Shown here: one piece after another, positions 38,334 through 48,089 of the stretch
Position numbering within the stretch: the stretch's first letter is position 1
How the letters are laid out: each line of letters begins with the position of its first letter
IMG/VR virus record: IMGVR_UViG_3300032075_000001
Coordinates: 11,382-75,381 of that record
Reading direction: 5' to 3' (one strand)
From: a virus
Taxonomy: Duplodnaviria > Caudoviricetes
DNA length: 64,000 nt
The notes under the pieces: generated by a model
The model's input: only the letters and a program-made list of their open reading frames with translations
Databases searched by the model: none
Told to the model about the DNA's origin: nothing
Translations under genes and position numbers: made by a program

Positions 38334-38858
38334 ATGAGTCGGAAGAAAAAAGACACTATTCAACCCGCTGTCGTTGAAGAAATGGGCGATACGTATCTAC
38401 TCCGGGGCTGTATTGAGATGCAACTCCACAACGCCTTCAACGGTGAGCCAGTGGGCGATCGTATGCGCATGAACACGGTAGTGACCGCTGGACGCCGCTG
38501 GGTACTGGAGAAGATTGGTTCATTCTCCAACCAGACGAACTCGATCAATGCGATTGCAGTTGGAACTTCGACTACTGCGCCAGCGACAAGCGACACTGCG
38601 CTCGGATCTGAAATCACTGCGTCAGTGGGACGCAAGACGATCGGCACGTTCACTACTACGAATCTGACAAGCAATCCTCCGTCGTGGCGCGCAGAGGTGA
38701 GTTTCGCCACTGATGAAGCAACCGGGACGCTGGGTGAGGCGGGGTTGTTTAATACGTCGAGTGCGACGGCAGGCACGCTCCTGTCACACGTGACGTTCAG
38801 CACAATAAACAAATCAACTTCAAATACACTTTCCGTGAGTTATACGATATCAGGATAG
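38334..38858 (+). CDS. Virion fibre/collar-associated structural protein
   Basis: NTVVTAGRRWV, IAVGTSTTAPATSDTALGSE, LGEAGLFN, LLSHVTFSTINK pattern of tail-collar-fibre N-terminal domains. Confidence 0.65.
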   Translation: MSRKKKDTIQPAVVEEMGDTYLLRGCIEMQLHNAFNGEPVGDRMRMNTVVTAGRRWVLEKIGSFSNQTNSINAIAVGTSTTAPATSDTALGSEITASVGRKTIGTFTTTNLTSNPPSWRAEVSFATDEATGTLGEAGLFNTSSATAGTLLSHVTFSTINKSTSNTLSVSYTISG

Positions 38859-38914
38859 TGTTTGCGGCAATGTAGCATCTTGTGGTATACTCCATTTCAA
38901 GGAGGAATTACAAG

Positions 38915-39751
38915 ATGGAAGAAAGATGTACCAGATGCAGATCTTTGAATCATACGTCCGGGGAACACGCTGAGAAGCTAGCGGAAGGGCGTCGTAATAG
39001 TAGTAAGTGGCGAGAAGCGGTTGCGGCTGCCAATACGAGAACGAAAAAGGGAAAGCCAGCTCGTTTTCGCGATCCGATAGCACGCGGTAAGGCGATAGCC
39101 CACGGTCTTAGTAGACCGGAAACCAAAGCGTTACGGGTAAAGGTACTCAAGGAAGTATGGGCCAAGCGCTCCGAGGAAGAACGGCAAGCTATTGGTGCCA
39201 AAAGTTCAGCGAGCCAAAAAGGCAAGGAGTTTACCCCTGAGCACTTAGCCAATCTGCAAGCCGCAAACGCAAAACCACGCAGCGAGACACATCGACAAAA
39301 GTTGTCAGAGGCCCGAAAAGGACAGTCGTCATGGAACAAAGGCTTAACTATATTTACCAACGCCTCAGTGGCGGCGATGTCGGCCAAACAGGTTGGACGT
39401 ATCCCGGACTACAACAAGTATCGAGCGCACTACGATGGCCCAAAAGGAAAATATCTCATGCGCTCGCGTTGGGAAGTGGCTTACGCAGAGTGGTTGGATG
39501 AACAGGGAATTGATTGGCGGTACGAGCCACGCTGGTTCAATCTTGGCGGCACGAGCTACACACCAGACTTCTACTTGCCTGCCGAAGATCGCTACGTGGA
39601 GATCAAAGGACGGATGACTGAAGAGAACGCAAAGAAGTTGAAAAGATTCGCGGAACGCTATCCGCATGTTAATCTAACTGTTCTGCAACGAGCGGAACTA
39701 ACTGCGATAGGTTTACTGGACAAGCATTGTCGATTGGTGAAACGTCAGTAG
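38915..39751 (+). CDS. NUMOD3-repeat endonuclease with a C-terminal PD-(D/E)XK domain
   Basis: SETHRQKLSEARKG..SWNKG repeats; MRSRWEVAYAEWLD..WRYEP..YTPDFYLP..YVEIKG; GGAGG RBS at 38901; extended -10 TGgTATACT at 38883-38891. Confidence 0.8.
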   Translation: MEERCTRCRSLNHTSGEHAEKLAEGRRNSSKWREAVAAANTRTKKGKPARFRDPIARGKAIAHGLSRPETKALRVKVLKEVWAKRSEEERQAIGAKSSASQKGKEFTPEHLANLQAANAKPRSETHRQKLSEARKGQSSWNKGLTIFTNASVAAMSAKQVGRIPDYNKYRAHYDGPKGKYLMRSRWEVAYAEWLDEQGIDWRYEPRWFNLGGTSYTPDFYLPAEDRYVEIKGRMTEENAKKLKRFAERYPHVNLTVLQRAELTAIGLLDKHCRLVKRQ

Positions 39752-39793
39752 CTTTTTAACAATTTAATCAGGGTCGCACGCTGAGCAATCAGC

Positions 39794-39855
39794 CCCGCCC
39801 GCTATTTACCGGATCGCGTAACAGCCCGTCCGGTGAGTGGCGGGTTTCTTTGTTT
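39794..39855 (+). terminator. Long hairpin terminator after the endonuclease gene
   Basis: CCCGCC..TTTACCGGA/TCCGGTGAG..GGCGGG stem followed by TTTCTTTGTTT. Confidence 0.6.
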
Positions 39856-39869
39856 GAGGACTCATCAAG

Positions 39870-40979
39870 ATGCCGTGGCGAGTGGAAGAGAGAGACGGTC
39901 GTTTCTGTGTTGTGAAAATCACAGACGGTAGTACCGTCCACTGCCACGACAGCCGCTCGATGGCCGAAGCGCAAGTCCGCGCCTTATACGCAAGTGAGGG
40001 TAAATCCTTCTCCTATCTCGACATTGAAAGCGAGGGTAAACCGCCAATGGATAATGCGACAGATGCGCTGGTTTTCTATGGCGGCGCGGTGAAGGCGTTG
40101 GGCGATGGGCGTGTGGGCGGGTATGGCGTGCTGTTTACCACTGCCGATGATCCTGATCTGCAAGGCGATTATTTTACCAAATCTACCGACCTCGAACTGA
40201 ATGGTCGGGAGTCACTACTGGCGATGTGGGATCACGGTTTGGATTCAGTGCTGAAGCGCCGCCGATTGGGTCGTGCGACTTACCGAGTTGACGATGCTGG
40301 AGTTTGGTTTGAGACAAAGCTGAACGAGTCGGACGACTACGAAAAGGCGGTCTATGGGCTGGCGAAGGCAGGTAAGCTGGGCTGGTCCACTGGATCTGCT
40401 CCACACCTCGTCGAGCGCGTTCCAGTCAAGAAAGCCTTCGAGCTGAAGTCGTGGCCCATCATCGAAGTTTCCTTGACCCATATGCCTGTGGAGCCACGCA
40501 CTGCGGCGGTTCCATTGAAGTCGATTGCTCATGTTGAACTGAAGTCCCTGCTTGATGAAGTAGAGTCGGAAAAAGTACCACCGTTTACCACTAAAGCTCT
40601 CGACGCGGCTCTCGCGGCTGCGTACGACGACGATCTCGATACCCACTCCCTCAAGGTGGCGACCGCTGTTGAGGAGTTGATTGCCCACTACACCAAAGCC
40701 GCTACCGCACTCGACGTGCTCAGTGGCCGCTTGGCAAGGAAGCAGGAGTTTCGCGCTATCAAAGATGGCCGTGCTTTCTCGCAACGGAGAGTCGATAAAA
40801 TGAACGAGTTGATTGCTCAACTGAAGAAATTAGCTGAGCACCCGATCGCCCTCGCCTCCGAGTTCGAGAAGATGGTCAAAGAAGCAGTTACGACAAGAGA
40901 TCAGCGTAACGCGCTCCAGCAGGCTGCGGAATTCCAGTACAACCAATTCCAACAGTTAAAGGAGTCACACAATGGCTGA
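39870..40979 (+). CDS. Prohead (maturation) protease
   Basis: VGGYGVLF...DLQGDYF, WDHG, VDDAGVWFE, LGWSTGS and IEVSLT..PVEPRT motifs; directly precedes the capsid gene. Confidence 0.85.
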   Translation: MPWRVEERDGRFCVVKITDGSTVHCHDSRSMAEAQVRALYASEGKSFSYLDIESEGKPPMDNATDALVFYGGAVKALGDGRVGGYGVLFTTADDPDLQGDYFTKSTDLELNGRESLLAMWDHGLDSVLKRRRLGRATYRVDDAGVWFETKLNESDDYEKAVYGLAKAGKLGWSTGSAPHLVERVPVKKAFELKSWPIIEVSLTHMPVEPRTAAVPLKSIAHVELKSLLDEVESEKVPPFTTKALDAALAAAYDDDLDTHSLKVATAVEELIAHYTKAATALDVLSGRLARKQEFRAIKDGRAFSQRRVDKMNELIAQLKKLAEHPIALASEFEKMVKEAVTTRDQRNALQQAAEFQYNQFQQLKESHNG

Positions 40980-42267
40980 CGTACAGGTCAATACTTTTGA
41001 AAACCTGAGTCTTAATGAACTCGGCGCGTACAAGGACATTAAAATTGCTGAATTGGAGACTTACTTCAAGTCTCATACCAAAGACGGCCAGATCGTCATG
41101 GACGCGGACGAGGTTGAGATCGTCCGCATGAAGAACAAGGAGATCACCGAGGCCACGAAGCGTTGGGAGAACCTGCGCGAGATGGACGAAGTGTTCAAAC
41201 AGACAGTGGAGAAGCACGCCAAAGCGAACACGGTGAATCGTCAAGTGCCATTCATTGTTGACGACAAAGGCGGATTCCAGCCGTCGAACGCATTCAAATC
41301 AATCGGCGAGATCTTCACCGACTCTCCAGTCTATAAATCTCACAAAGGACTCCACGATGGCCAGCCGCATTACCAGTATACGATCGGCGAGAATTTGGAC
41401 ATGCGGGCGTTGAAGACCTTGATGACGACCAGCGCGGGATTCGCACCGCCGAATGATCGTACAGCGACAGTTGTTAACTTCGCGCTCCGTCGTCCGACTG
41501 TGGCGGATCTTGTCCCAACTGATGCCACAACCCTCACCTCGATCAAGTACATGGAAGAGACAACATGGGGTACGGCATCGACTAATGCTAATCCTGCGGC
41601 TGCCGTAACTGAAGGTGATCCCAAGCCAGAAGCTGAACTCGAATGGACTGAGGTGACTGTCCCGGTCGAGAAAATCGCCGTCTACATCCCGGTAACAACC
41701 GAGCAACTCGACGACGTTCCCGGTATTCAGGGCATCATCAATAATCGATTGAGCATGATGCTCCAGTTAAAAGAGGAAGACTATCTGCTCAACGGCACTG
41801 GCACACCGCCGCAGATCACAGGTTTCCTTGTCAAGTCCGGTGTGCAGACACAAGCTGCGGCAGGTGATACGAATATCGACACGATCTACAAAGCGATGAC
41901 AAAGGTTCGTACGACAGGATTCGCTGAGCCGACTGCGGTAGTCGTCCATCCGAACAACTGGACTCCGATTCGTCTCGCCAAGACCCTCGACGGCCTGTAC
42001 ATCTGGGGTGCGCCGAGCGATCCCGGCCCGGAGCGCATCTTCGGTAAGTCGGTCGTGGTGACAACTGCGATGACTGCCGGAACTGCACTCACTGGCGACT
42101 TCCAACTCTATTCGCATATTAGCCGTCGTCAAGGCATCACGATCATCGTCGGCACGATCGGCAATCAATTGATCGAGAATAAGAAGACGATCGTTGCTGA
42201 GATGCGGGAGAGTTTGGAAATTTTCAGGGCGTCGGCGTTTTGTAAAGCGACCGGATTGGCGTCGTAA
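40972..42267 (+). CDS. Major capsid protein (HK97 fold)
   Basis: N-terminal helical delta-like domain, VTEGDPKPEAEL, VEKIAVYIPVTTEQLDD, EEDYLLNGTG, HPNNW, IFGKSVV, GDF motifs. Confidence 0.95.
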   Translation: MADVQVNTFENLSLNELGAYKDIKIAELETYFKSHTKDGQIVMDADEVEIVRMKNKEITEATKRWENLREMDEVFKQTVEKHAKANTVNRQVPFIVDDKGGFQPSNAFKSIGEIFTDSPVYKSHKGLHDGQPHYQYTIGENLDMRALKTLMTTSAGFAPPNDRTATVVNFALRRPTVADLVPTDATTLTSIKYMEETTWGTASTNANPAAAVTEGDPKPEAELEWTEVTVPVEKIAVYIPVTTEQLDDVPGIQGIINNRLSMMLQLKEEDYLLNGTGTPPQITGFLVKSGVQTQAAAGDTNIDTIYKAMTKVRTTGFAEPTAVVVHPNNWTPIRLAKTLDGLYIWGAPSDPGPERIFGKSVVVTTAMTAGTALTGDFQLYSHISRRQGITIIVGTIGNQLIENKKTIVAEMRESLEIFRASAFCKATGLAS

Positions 42268-42278
42268 GCGGGTTAAGC

Positions 42279-42304
42279 GGAGGACTGGTTCATGCTGGTC
42301 CTCC
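42279..42304 (+). terminator. Hairpin after the capsid gene
   Basis: GGAGGACTGG/CTGGTCCTCC 10-bp stem; no clear U tract. Confidence 0.45.
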
Positions 42305-42328
42305 AATTGAATAGGGAGATTCAAAGCA

Positions 42329-42835
42329 ATGGCATCAACTCCAAACAGGTTACGCGATCTGGGCACCCTGACAGCGGGAACCAGTGAGGTGCAAACGCTC
42401 ACCATCGGCGGCACTCCGACAGGCGGAACTTTCATTCTCCGCTTCGAGGGGAATAACACTTCCGCGATCACGTGGTCAGCGACGAACAACACCCTACTCG
42501 CAAATATCCAAGCGGCCCTTGACGCACATCCTTCACTTGGCACGAATGGGTGTGTGGCGAGTGCGGGAACGGTGACTGCGGGTATCGGCACAGTGCTCCT
42601 GACTTTTGGCGCAATCCGTGCGAAAGAGAACGTTGAGCTGATGACCGTGTTCAAAAACAGTCTGACAGGAACTGCGCCAACTCTCGCTATCGCCACTACT
42701 ACGCCGGGAGTGAATGCAAGTGGTCGATATGCGCAGCCGAAGGAAATGGGCGTGGACTCTGCGGGCACGGTGTACGTGAACACTGCGACTAGTGGCCCAG
42801 TGGCTACGTGGACAGTTGTGGGCAGTCAGACATGA
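42329..42835 (+). CDS. Capsid decoration-like protein
   Basis: EVQTLTIGGTPTGGTFILRF..TSAITWSAT...IQAAL domain, also present in the tail tube protein. Confidence 0.55.
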   Translation: MASTPNRLRDLGTLTAGTSEVQTLTIGGTPTGGTFILRFEGNNTSAITWSATNNTLLANIQAALDAHPSLGTNGCVASAGTVTAGIGTVLLTFGAIRAKENVELMTVFKNSLTGTAPTLAIATTTPGVNASGRYAQPKEMGVDSAGTVYVNTATSGPVATWTVVGSQT

Positions 42836-42849
42836 GAATTGGAGACTGA

Positions 42850-43697
42850 ATGGGCTTAACCATTGTTAAAACCGATGCACGAGGCGCATACCGAATGGTA
42901 GCGCAGGAGGATCTCTATCTCAACGAGGACCAGACGGAGATTATCGTCGTTAAACAAGGCGAGGAAGTGCCGAAAGAGGCTGCGTTCGTGCTGGCTGGGA
43001 GAGGTGGAACGATCCCAGTGCGATATGCGGAGATGCTCAAAACTCTCGATGCACCAGTTGAAGTAAAGTCTGAGGTGAAGGAAGTTAAAGTAGAACCTGA
43101 GACTAAGCCAAGTGCGGAAGCTAAAGTGAAACCTCAGGCTGCTCCATCTAAGTCCAAGCCAATTGAGGAGACTCCGGCTCAGTGAGCACGAGATTTAGAA
43201 ACTTCGGAGCGGCGTTGACGAAGGCTGGCGTGCCTACGAGTGGGGTGTATCAGGTCGAGACTGCGGTGATTGTCGGAACGATTACGCTCGGCGGGAACAT
43301 GTCAGTCACTGTGACTGCCGCAGGGATGACCGGATCGCCGAAGACGCTAACGGTTGCAGTTGCGTTGAACGATACCGCGACTCAAGTTGCAACGAAGGTT
43401 CGAGCAGCCCTCGCAGCGGATGTAGATGTCATGGCGATGTTCTCAGTCGGGGGTACAGGGGCGAATGTTGCACTGACTGCTCTCCAATCGGCGGCTAATG
43501 ACGCAACTCTCAACATCGCTTATGACAATGACACTTGCACGGGACTGACCGGGGATGCGTCGTCGAACAACTCCACTGCCGGGGTGAAAGGTGACTACAA
43601 AGGGGTTATCACCGGGAACTGCTGCGTTGACACAACGAACCACGACATTTACGAGAACACGGGAGATGATTCGCGCCCGGTGTGGACGGTGATATGA
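42850..43697 (+). other. Two head-region structural or hypothetical genes (42850-43185 and 43182-43697)
   Basis: Position in the head operon; the second is Thr/Ala/Gly-rich with an Ig-like TAAQVA pattern. Confidence 0.55.
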
Positions 43698-43854
43698 CGG
43701 ACGAGTGGGACATTCCCTGCAAGACCTGCGGCGGTAAGGTGGATCTATACAACTACCTCATGGGTAGACCTTGCCCTCCCGGACAGGAGAATCGGATTTG
43801 CAGGACTTGCGATTTCGGAGAGAGTGAATGTACGTGTAAGCGGAAGACCGAGAC

Positions 43855-44382
43855 ATGACACTGGACGCAACAATAGGAGGCGTGAACGCGAACTCCTACC
43901 CCACCCTCGCCTACGCCAACTTGTTCTTTGAAAACATGCTCCTGCCGAATGCGTGGGACAGTGCGGTTCCAGACGATCAGGAACGTGCGCTGATGACTGC
44001 GACGCAGTGGCTGGAGGAGTACGATTACGTCGGTCGAGCCGCAACTCTCACTCAAGCATTGAAATGGCCGAGGTTTGGGATTGAGGATGAGCTGATTCTC
44101 GGGTTGTACGATGAAACCGAGATGCCCGTGCCGTTACTGAATGCGACTTGCGAGTTAGCTTTCTACTTACTGACGTTAGGACCAGCGGGAGGGGCTGCCG
44201 CGCTCACGACCGGGCTCGGGCCAATTAGTTCTTTGAAGATCGGAAACTCAGTCGAGGTGAAGTACCAGCAGCAGTCGGCGTCGTCTACCGTGACTTCAGT
44301 AGCGACAACCGACACGAGTGGCTTGCCCATTCACGTGGCACGACTGTTACGCGGATTGCGACTGCCAGTGGTGATTGCATGA
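43855..44382 (+). CDS. Head-tail adaptor (DnaT-like annotated family)
   Basis: GGVNANSYPTLAYA...ERALMTATQWLE..YVG...QALKWPR...LLNATCELA. Confidence 0.75.
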   Translation: MTLDATIGGVNANSYPTLAYANLFFENMLLPNAWDSAVPDDQERALMTATQWLEEYDYVGRAATLTQALKWPRFGIEDELILGLYDETEMPVPLLNATCELAFYLLTLGPAGGAAALTTGLGPISSLKIGNSVEVKYQQQSASSTVTSVATTDTSGLPIHVARLLRGLRLPVVIA

Positions 44383-44780
44383 CGCCTGCGATTCTGATAG
44401 CTCAGGCGAAAGTATTAGCTGAGCAATATCTCCCTGATTCATGTGCGATTCAGGAATTGTCAACGACGAACGATGGCTCGGGTGGATTTGGTGAGAGTTG
44501 GAACACGATCGAAACAGTTCCCGGCTTAGTCGAAGCAGTCGATGACATGGAAGCAATTGTCGGTTCCGCTCCCAGAGGCGCAGTAACCCAGAAGCTCTAC
44601 TTGCGAGTGACCACAGTGACACAAGCCATCAAACCTAGTCAGCGGGTAGCAGTTGCCCCACGGGACGGAAAAGGTGAATTGATATTCACGCAATTAAAAC
44701 GACTGGATGAATCATTTGAAGCATTGATCACAGTCGCTGGAGTGCTAGATGTCAGCAACCCTGAAGAGTCGAATTCCTGA
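44379..44780 (+). CDS. Head closure (stopper) protein
   Basis: TNDGSGGFGESWNTIETVP motif and neck-module synteny. Confidence 0.65.
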   Translation: MTPAILIAQAKVLAEQYLPDSCAIQELSTTNDGSGGFGESWNTIETVPGLVEAVDDMEAIVGSAPRGAVTQKLYLRVTTVTQAIKPSQRVAVAPRDGKGELIFTQLKRLDESFEALITVAGVLDVSNPEESNS

Positions 44781-45195
44781 AATTCGCCAACGAATGCATC
44801 GCGCAATGGGCGTGGGTTTGCATCGTGCAGCGGACTCACACGTTGCAGTAGCCCAGCAGATTGCTCCCCGTGACACCGGACTGATGGCTGACACGACGCA
44901 CAAAGAACCGGAGGAAGTGCCTGCAACTGAGAGTGCGAATGTTCGAGTGGATGTCGTTGCGCCTCAATTCTACTCAGGGCTGGTCGAGTTCGGCACAGTG
45001 AGACAGGAAGCGCAGCCGTGGTTTCTCCCTGCGTTCGAGTCGGCTAAGCGCCAGTACAAGGCCGAAGCTAAGCAAGTGACTGAGACAGTATTGAAAGGTG
45101 GAATGCCACCGACTGCGACGATTGGCGTAAGGCGTTCAGTAACACAGCGACGAGGTCCGACTACTGGAGTTGTGCGTAAGGTAAGGGAACCGTGA
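44749..45195 (+). CDS. HK97 gp10-like tail completion protein
   Basis: APRDTGLMA, YSGLVEFGT..QEAQPWFLPA. Confidence 0.8.
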   Translation: MSATLKSRIPEIRQRMHRAMGVGLHRAADSHVAVAQQIAPRDTGLMADTTHKEPEEVPATESANVRVDVVAPQFYSGLVEFGTVRQEAQPWFLPAFESAKRQYKAEAKQVTETVLKGGMPPTATIGVRRSVTQRRGPTTGVVRKVREP

Positions 45196-45338
45196 GTGAA
45201 CTTGTCTACGACGAACTGATGTGGATTGAAGTGATTGAAGTAGCGCGATTCCTTAACTTGCCAGTAGTCCATCTGGTCAATGTTCCAGCTAGGTATATCG
45301 AGGAGATTTTGATCATCGTCAGAGCGAGGCGACAGTGA
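45192..45338 (+). CDS. 48-aa paralogue of the tail-chaperone frameshift domain (not in the ORF track)
   Basis: Manual translation MSELVYDELMWIEVIEVARFLNLPVVHLVNVPARYIEEILIIVRARRQ; overlaps both neighbours by 4 nt. Confidence 0.7.
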   Translation: MSELVYDELMWIEVIEVARFLNLPVVHLVNVPARYIEEILIIVRARRQ

Positions 45339-45835
45339 ATGAACTACCCGCAGCGGAGAACTGGTTACATGACAAGCTTGCGAGCGATGGCGAAATTACG
45401 TCAGTTGTCGGCGGGCGAATCTACAAATACGCCCTCCCGCAATCACCGATCTACCCGCTCGTTATCTACTCCCTCGCGTCCGATTCCGACTTTCAAGGAC
45501 TGGGCACGGTGCGGATTCTCGCTCGTCCGCTCTATCTCGTCAAAGTTATCTCGCGCGGCAGTCCGTCGTCTCTCGTCAATCTGGCAGCGGATCGCATCGA
45601 TGAAATCGTGGGTAAGACGACTAAGGACAGCTTCATCTCCACTGCTGGCGATATGTTCGCTGTCAGTTCGCGACGAGAAGCTGCCGTGCAGTTCATGGAG
45701 CGCGATCCGACTGTCGCAGGCACGCTCTATTTCCACCTCGGCGGGTTGTATCGACTGGAAGTGTTCAGTCTGGGACGCAAGGTAGTGGAGATGGGTGATT
45801 CAGTGAATTTGAACGACGCGGTAAACGTAGTCTAA
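45335..45835 (+). CDS. Tail terminator (DUF3168/gp17-like)
   Basis: WLHDKLASD.EITSVVGGRIY..ALPQ..IYPLVIY. Confidence 0.75.
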   Translation: MNELPAAENWLHDKLASDGEITSVVGGRIYKYALPQSPIYPLVIYSLASDSDFQGLGTVRILARPLYLVKVISRGSPSSLVNLAADRIDEIVGKTTKDSFISTAGDMFAVSSRREAAVQFMERDPTVAGTLYFHLGGLYRLEVFSLGRKVVEMGDSVNLNDAVNVV

Positions 45836-45852
45836 CTTGGAGACGATAACCA

Positions 45853-47196
45853 ATGGCCCTACTTGATGTTAGAGCGGCAGTTGATACGATCCTGCAAATT
45901 GGTGTTGAGCATGATTACGGAGTAAGAGTTGCGGCTACTCGACGACTACCCGGCGTGAACATCTCGCTCAACCCGCAGGCTGAGTTTCAACTGTTCCGTG
46001 CGCGCGGGTTCAATATTCCTACCACTTCCGTCCCGCAAAAGATGTGGGCGAATGGAACGTGGAATGGAATCGCTGATTACAATCAAGTGATCTATCCGTT
46101 GAGTGGGCTGATTGGATTGCAGACTGCAAGTGAGCCTGCGACTCCGATTGGAGCGACGAATGCGCGGAGCTGGTTATTTGCACCAGTGTCGTCCGGGGCT
46201 GATCCTTTGCCTAAGTCATTCACGATCGAGGAAGGTGATAGCGATGCGGTACAGGTTGGGGAAGGGTTGAAATTCTCCTCGTTCGGCTTGGAGTGGACGA
46301 ACGATGCGTCGAATATGACGGGCAATTTGTTCGCGCGCTTTCCGGTGGATAATGAGCCGCTTACGACAAAAACCGACGAGGAGCAGACGATTACTAAGTC
46401 CGGCACTGTCACTGCTGGAACTTTCACGATCACTTACTCCGCTCAGACTACTTCAGCCATCGACTTCGACGCGACCGCGGCTGAGATTCAGGCTGCACTC
46501 ATCGCCCTCTCCAATCTCGCTCCGGGAGACGTAGTAGTTAGTGGCGGGCCGATTTCGACGACTCCTATTACGATCATCTTCCAAGGCACGTTGAAGGGGA
46601 CAAATGTCAGCGCGATCACGGTGGACTCAACTGGATTGACTGGGGGTGGGACTTACGTCGTTGCGACTGCGATTGCAGGTGGAGCGGACATTAGCTCAAT
46701 TGCACAATCCCCCGTCAGTCGTATGCATGTGGATATTTTTGTCAACGATACGTTTGGCGCAATCGGCACAACCAAAGTTGCACAAGCCTACGCAGGCGAC
46801 TTTCGCATCGGAGACAAAGTGCAACCCTTCTGGGCATTGAACACCGACTACGATTCGTTCCAGTCAACCGTGCGAATCGCTGCCGATGTCACTTGCTCAT
46901 TCTCTACTCCACACAACGCTCAGTCCCGCGCGCTGTACAATGCGGTGAAGACCAACCCGTGGAAGTGGGTGAGATTACTCGCAACTGGGAATGAGATTGA
47001 TGTCGGCGTGAACAATGAGACGATCCGCGTCGATGTCGCGGCGAAGTTCGGTAATCCCGAGAAGCAGGAAGATGCAAATGGAGTGTTTGGTTACAAGTTT
47101 AACTTTAACTCGCTGCACAATGCGGATTTCACTTCTGAACACGCAAGTGGAGCAGCGTATGAGATCGAGGTGATCAACTCGCTGACGGCACTCTAA
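45853..47196 (+). CDS. Major tail tube protein with an inserted Ig-like domain
   Basis: LQIGVE..YG start, synteny, and an internal EEQTITKSGTVTAGTFTITY...IQAAL domain. Confidence 0.8.
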   Translation: MALLDVRAAVDTILQIGVEHDYGVRVAATRRLPGVNISLNPQAEFQLFRARGFNIPTTSVPQKMWANGTWNGIADYNQVIYPLSGLIGLQTASEPATPIGATNARSWLFAPVSSGADPLPKSFTIEEGDSDAVQVGEGLKFSSFGLEWTNDASNMTGNLFARFPVDNEPLTTKTDEEQTITKSGTVTAGTFTITYSAQTTSAIDFDATAAEIQAALIALSNLAPGDVVVSGGPISTTPITIIFQGTLKGTNVSAITVDSTGLTGGGTYVVATAIAGGADISSIAQSPVSRMHVDIFVNDTFGAIGTTKVAQAYAGDFRIGDKVQPFWALNTDYDSFQSTVRIAADVTCSFSTPHNAQSRALYNAVKTNPWKWVRLLATGNEIDVGVNNETIRVDVAAKFGNPEKQEDANGVFGYKFNFNSLHNADFTSEHASGAAYEIEVINSLTAL

Positions 47197-47366
47197 TGCT
47201 TACACTGGTTATTACAATTCTGGCGCTGGCGGGATTTCTCGTCCTGAACGACTCGTATGTGAGATTACGTGAAATCTGTCGTCTCACGTATTTCGCAGCG
47301 CTACTCATCCTCCTGCTCCAGTATGGTGCTTATTTCAACTCAATGATCAAAGAGGTTGCTCGCTGA
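47196..47366 (+). CDS. Small 2-TM membrane protein (56 aa, not in the ORF track)
   Basis: MLTLVITILALAGFLVLNDSYVRLREICRLTYFAALLILLLQYGAYFNSMIKEVAR; shares stop/start junctions with both neighbours. Confidence 0.6.
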   Translation: MLTLVITILALAGFLVLNDSYVRLREICRLTYFAALLILLLQYGAYFNSMIKEVAR

Positions 47367-48078
47367 TGGACGTACTCCAATTTCAAGCTAATCCCCAGAC
47401 TGAAACTTTCACTCGTCACGGCAAGTCGATGGAGGTGACGTTCAATACTGACGCCTTCACGCCGGACTTCTTTCGTAGTGCCGCGCAGATGTTTCGCGAG
47501 ATTCACCAGCAGGCTAAGGACGGCGATGCGCAAGCAACTGAAGCGTTCAAGAAGGCAAAGAAAGACGACAATGAACGGGTGGCATTGAACTTCGATGCGC
47601 GAGCACGACAGTTGGAAATTCAGCGTGAGATCTACGCGCGGCTCCTCGCGGGCACACCTGACACTCCTGTGCTTATGGGCTGGGAGTTGACACGAGATGG
47701 TGAGACGATTCCGATCACTCTCGACGAGTTGAATCGACTACATCCCGACTTTGTCACCGACTTGTATAGCTTCTGTTTGGAGCACTCAGTCCCAAAATCG
47801 CCGGAGATCCCAACGACAGCAGCCAGCCAGATGATCTCCGAGACTACCGACGCTGGCTCACTCACCCCGGCAACCCCGCTGGAAGAAAACCAAGCTACGT
47901 TGACCAGCATCGCATAGCCCGGTTTCTCCAAGTTCCGGTCTGGTTGCTAAGTCGCGTGCCCCTTCACTATCAGGAGGAGGCGCGAATCATCCTACAAGCG
48001 AATCGTGAGGCGAAGTCGCACAACATCGGAAGTGCGAAATTGATGCCGATTATTCCGGTCGATCCGTATGAGATGTGA
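47366..48078 (+). CDS. Tail assembly chaperone G (47366-47917) with a -1 frameshift extension GT ending at 48078
   Basis: In-frame slippery heptamer C CCA AAA at 47791-47797; the -1 frame is open for 95 codons to TGA 48076-48078; lies directly before the tape measure gene. Confidence 0.85.
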
Positions 48079-48089
48079 GGTGAGTTACT

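Noticed and set aside
41767-42783. 338-aa minus-strand ORF (similarly 40245-40820, 59759-60394 and 3537-3923)
   Set aside because: These are shadow frames antisense to well-supported capsid, protease, beta-helix and helicase genes, with no motifs.
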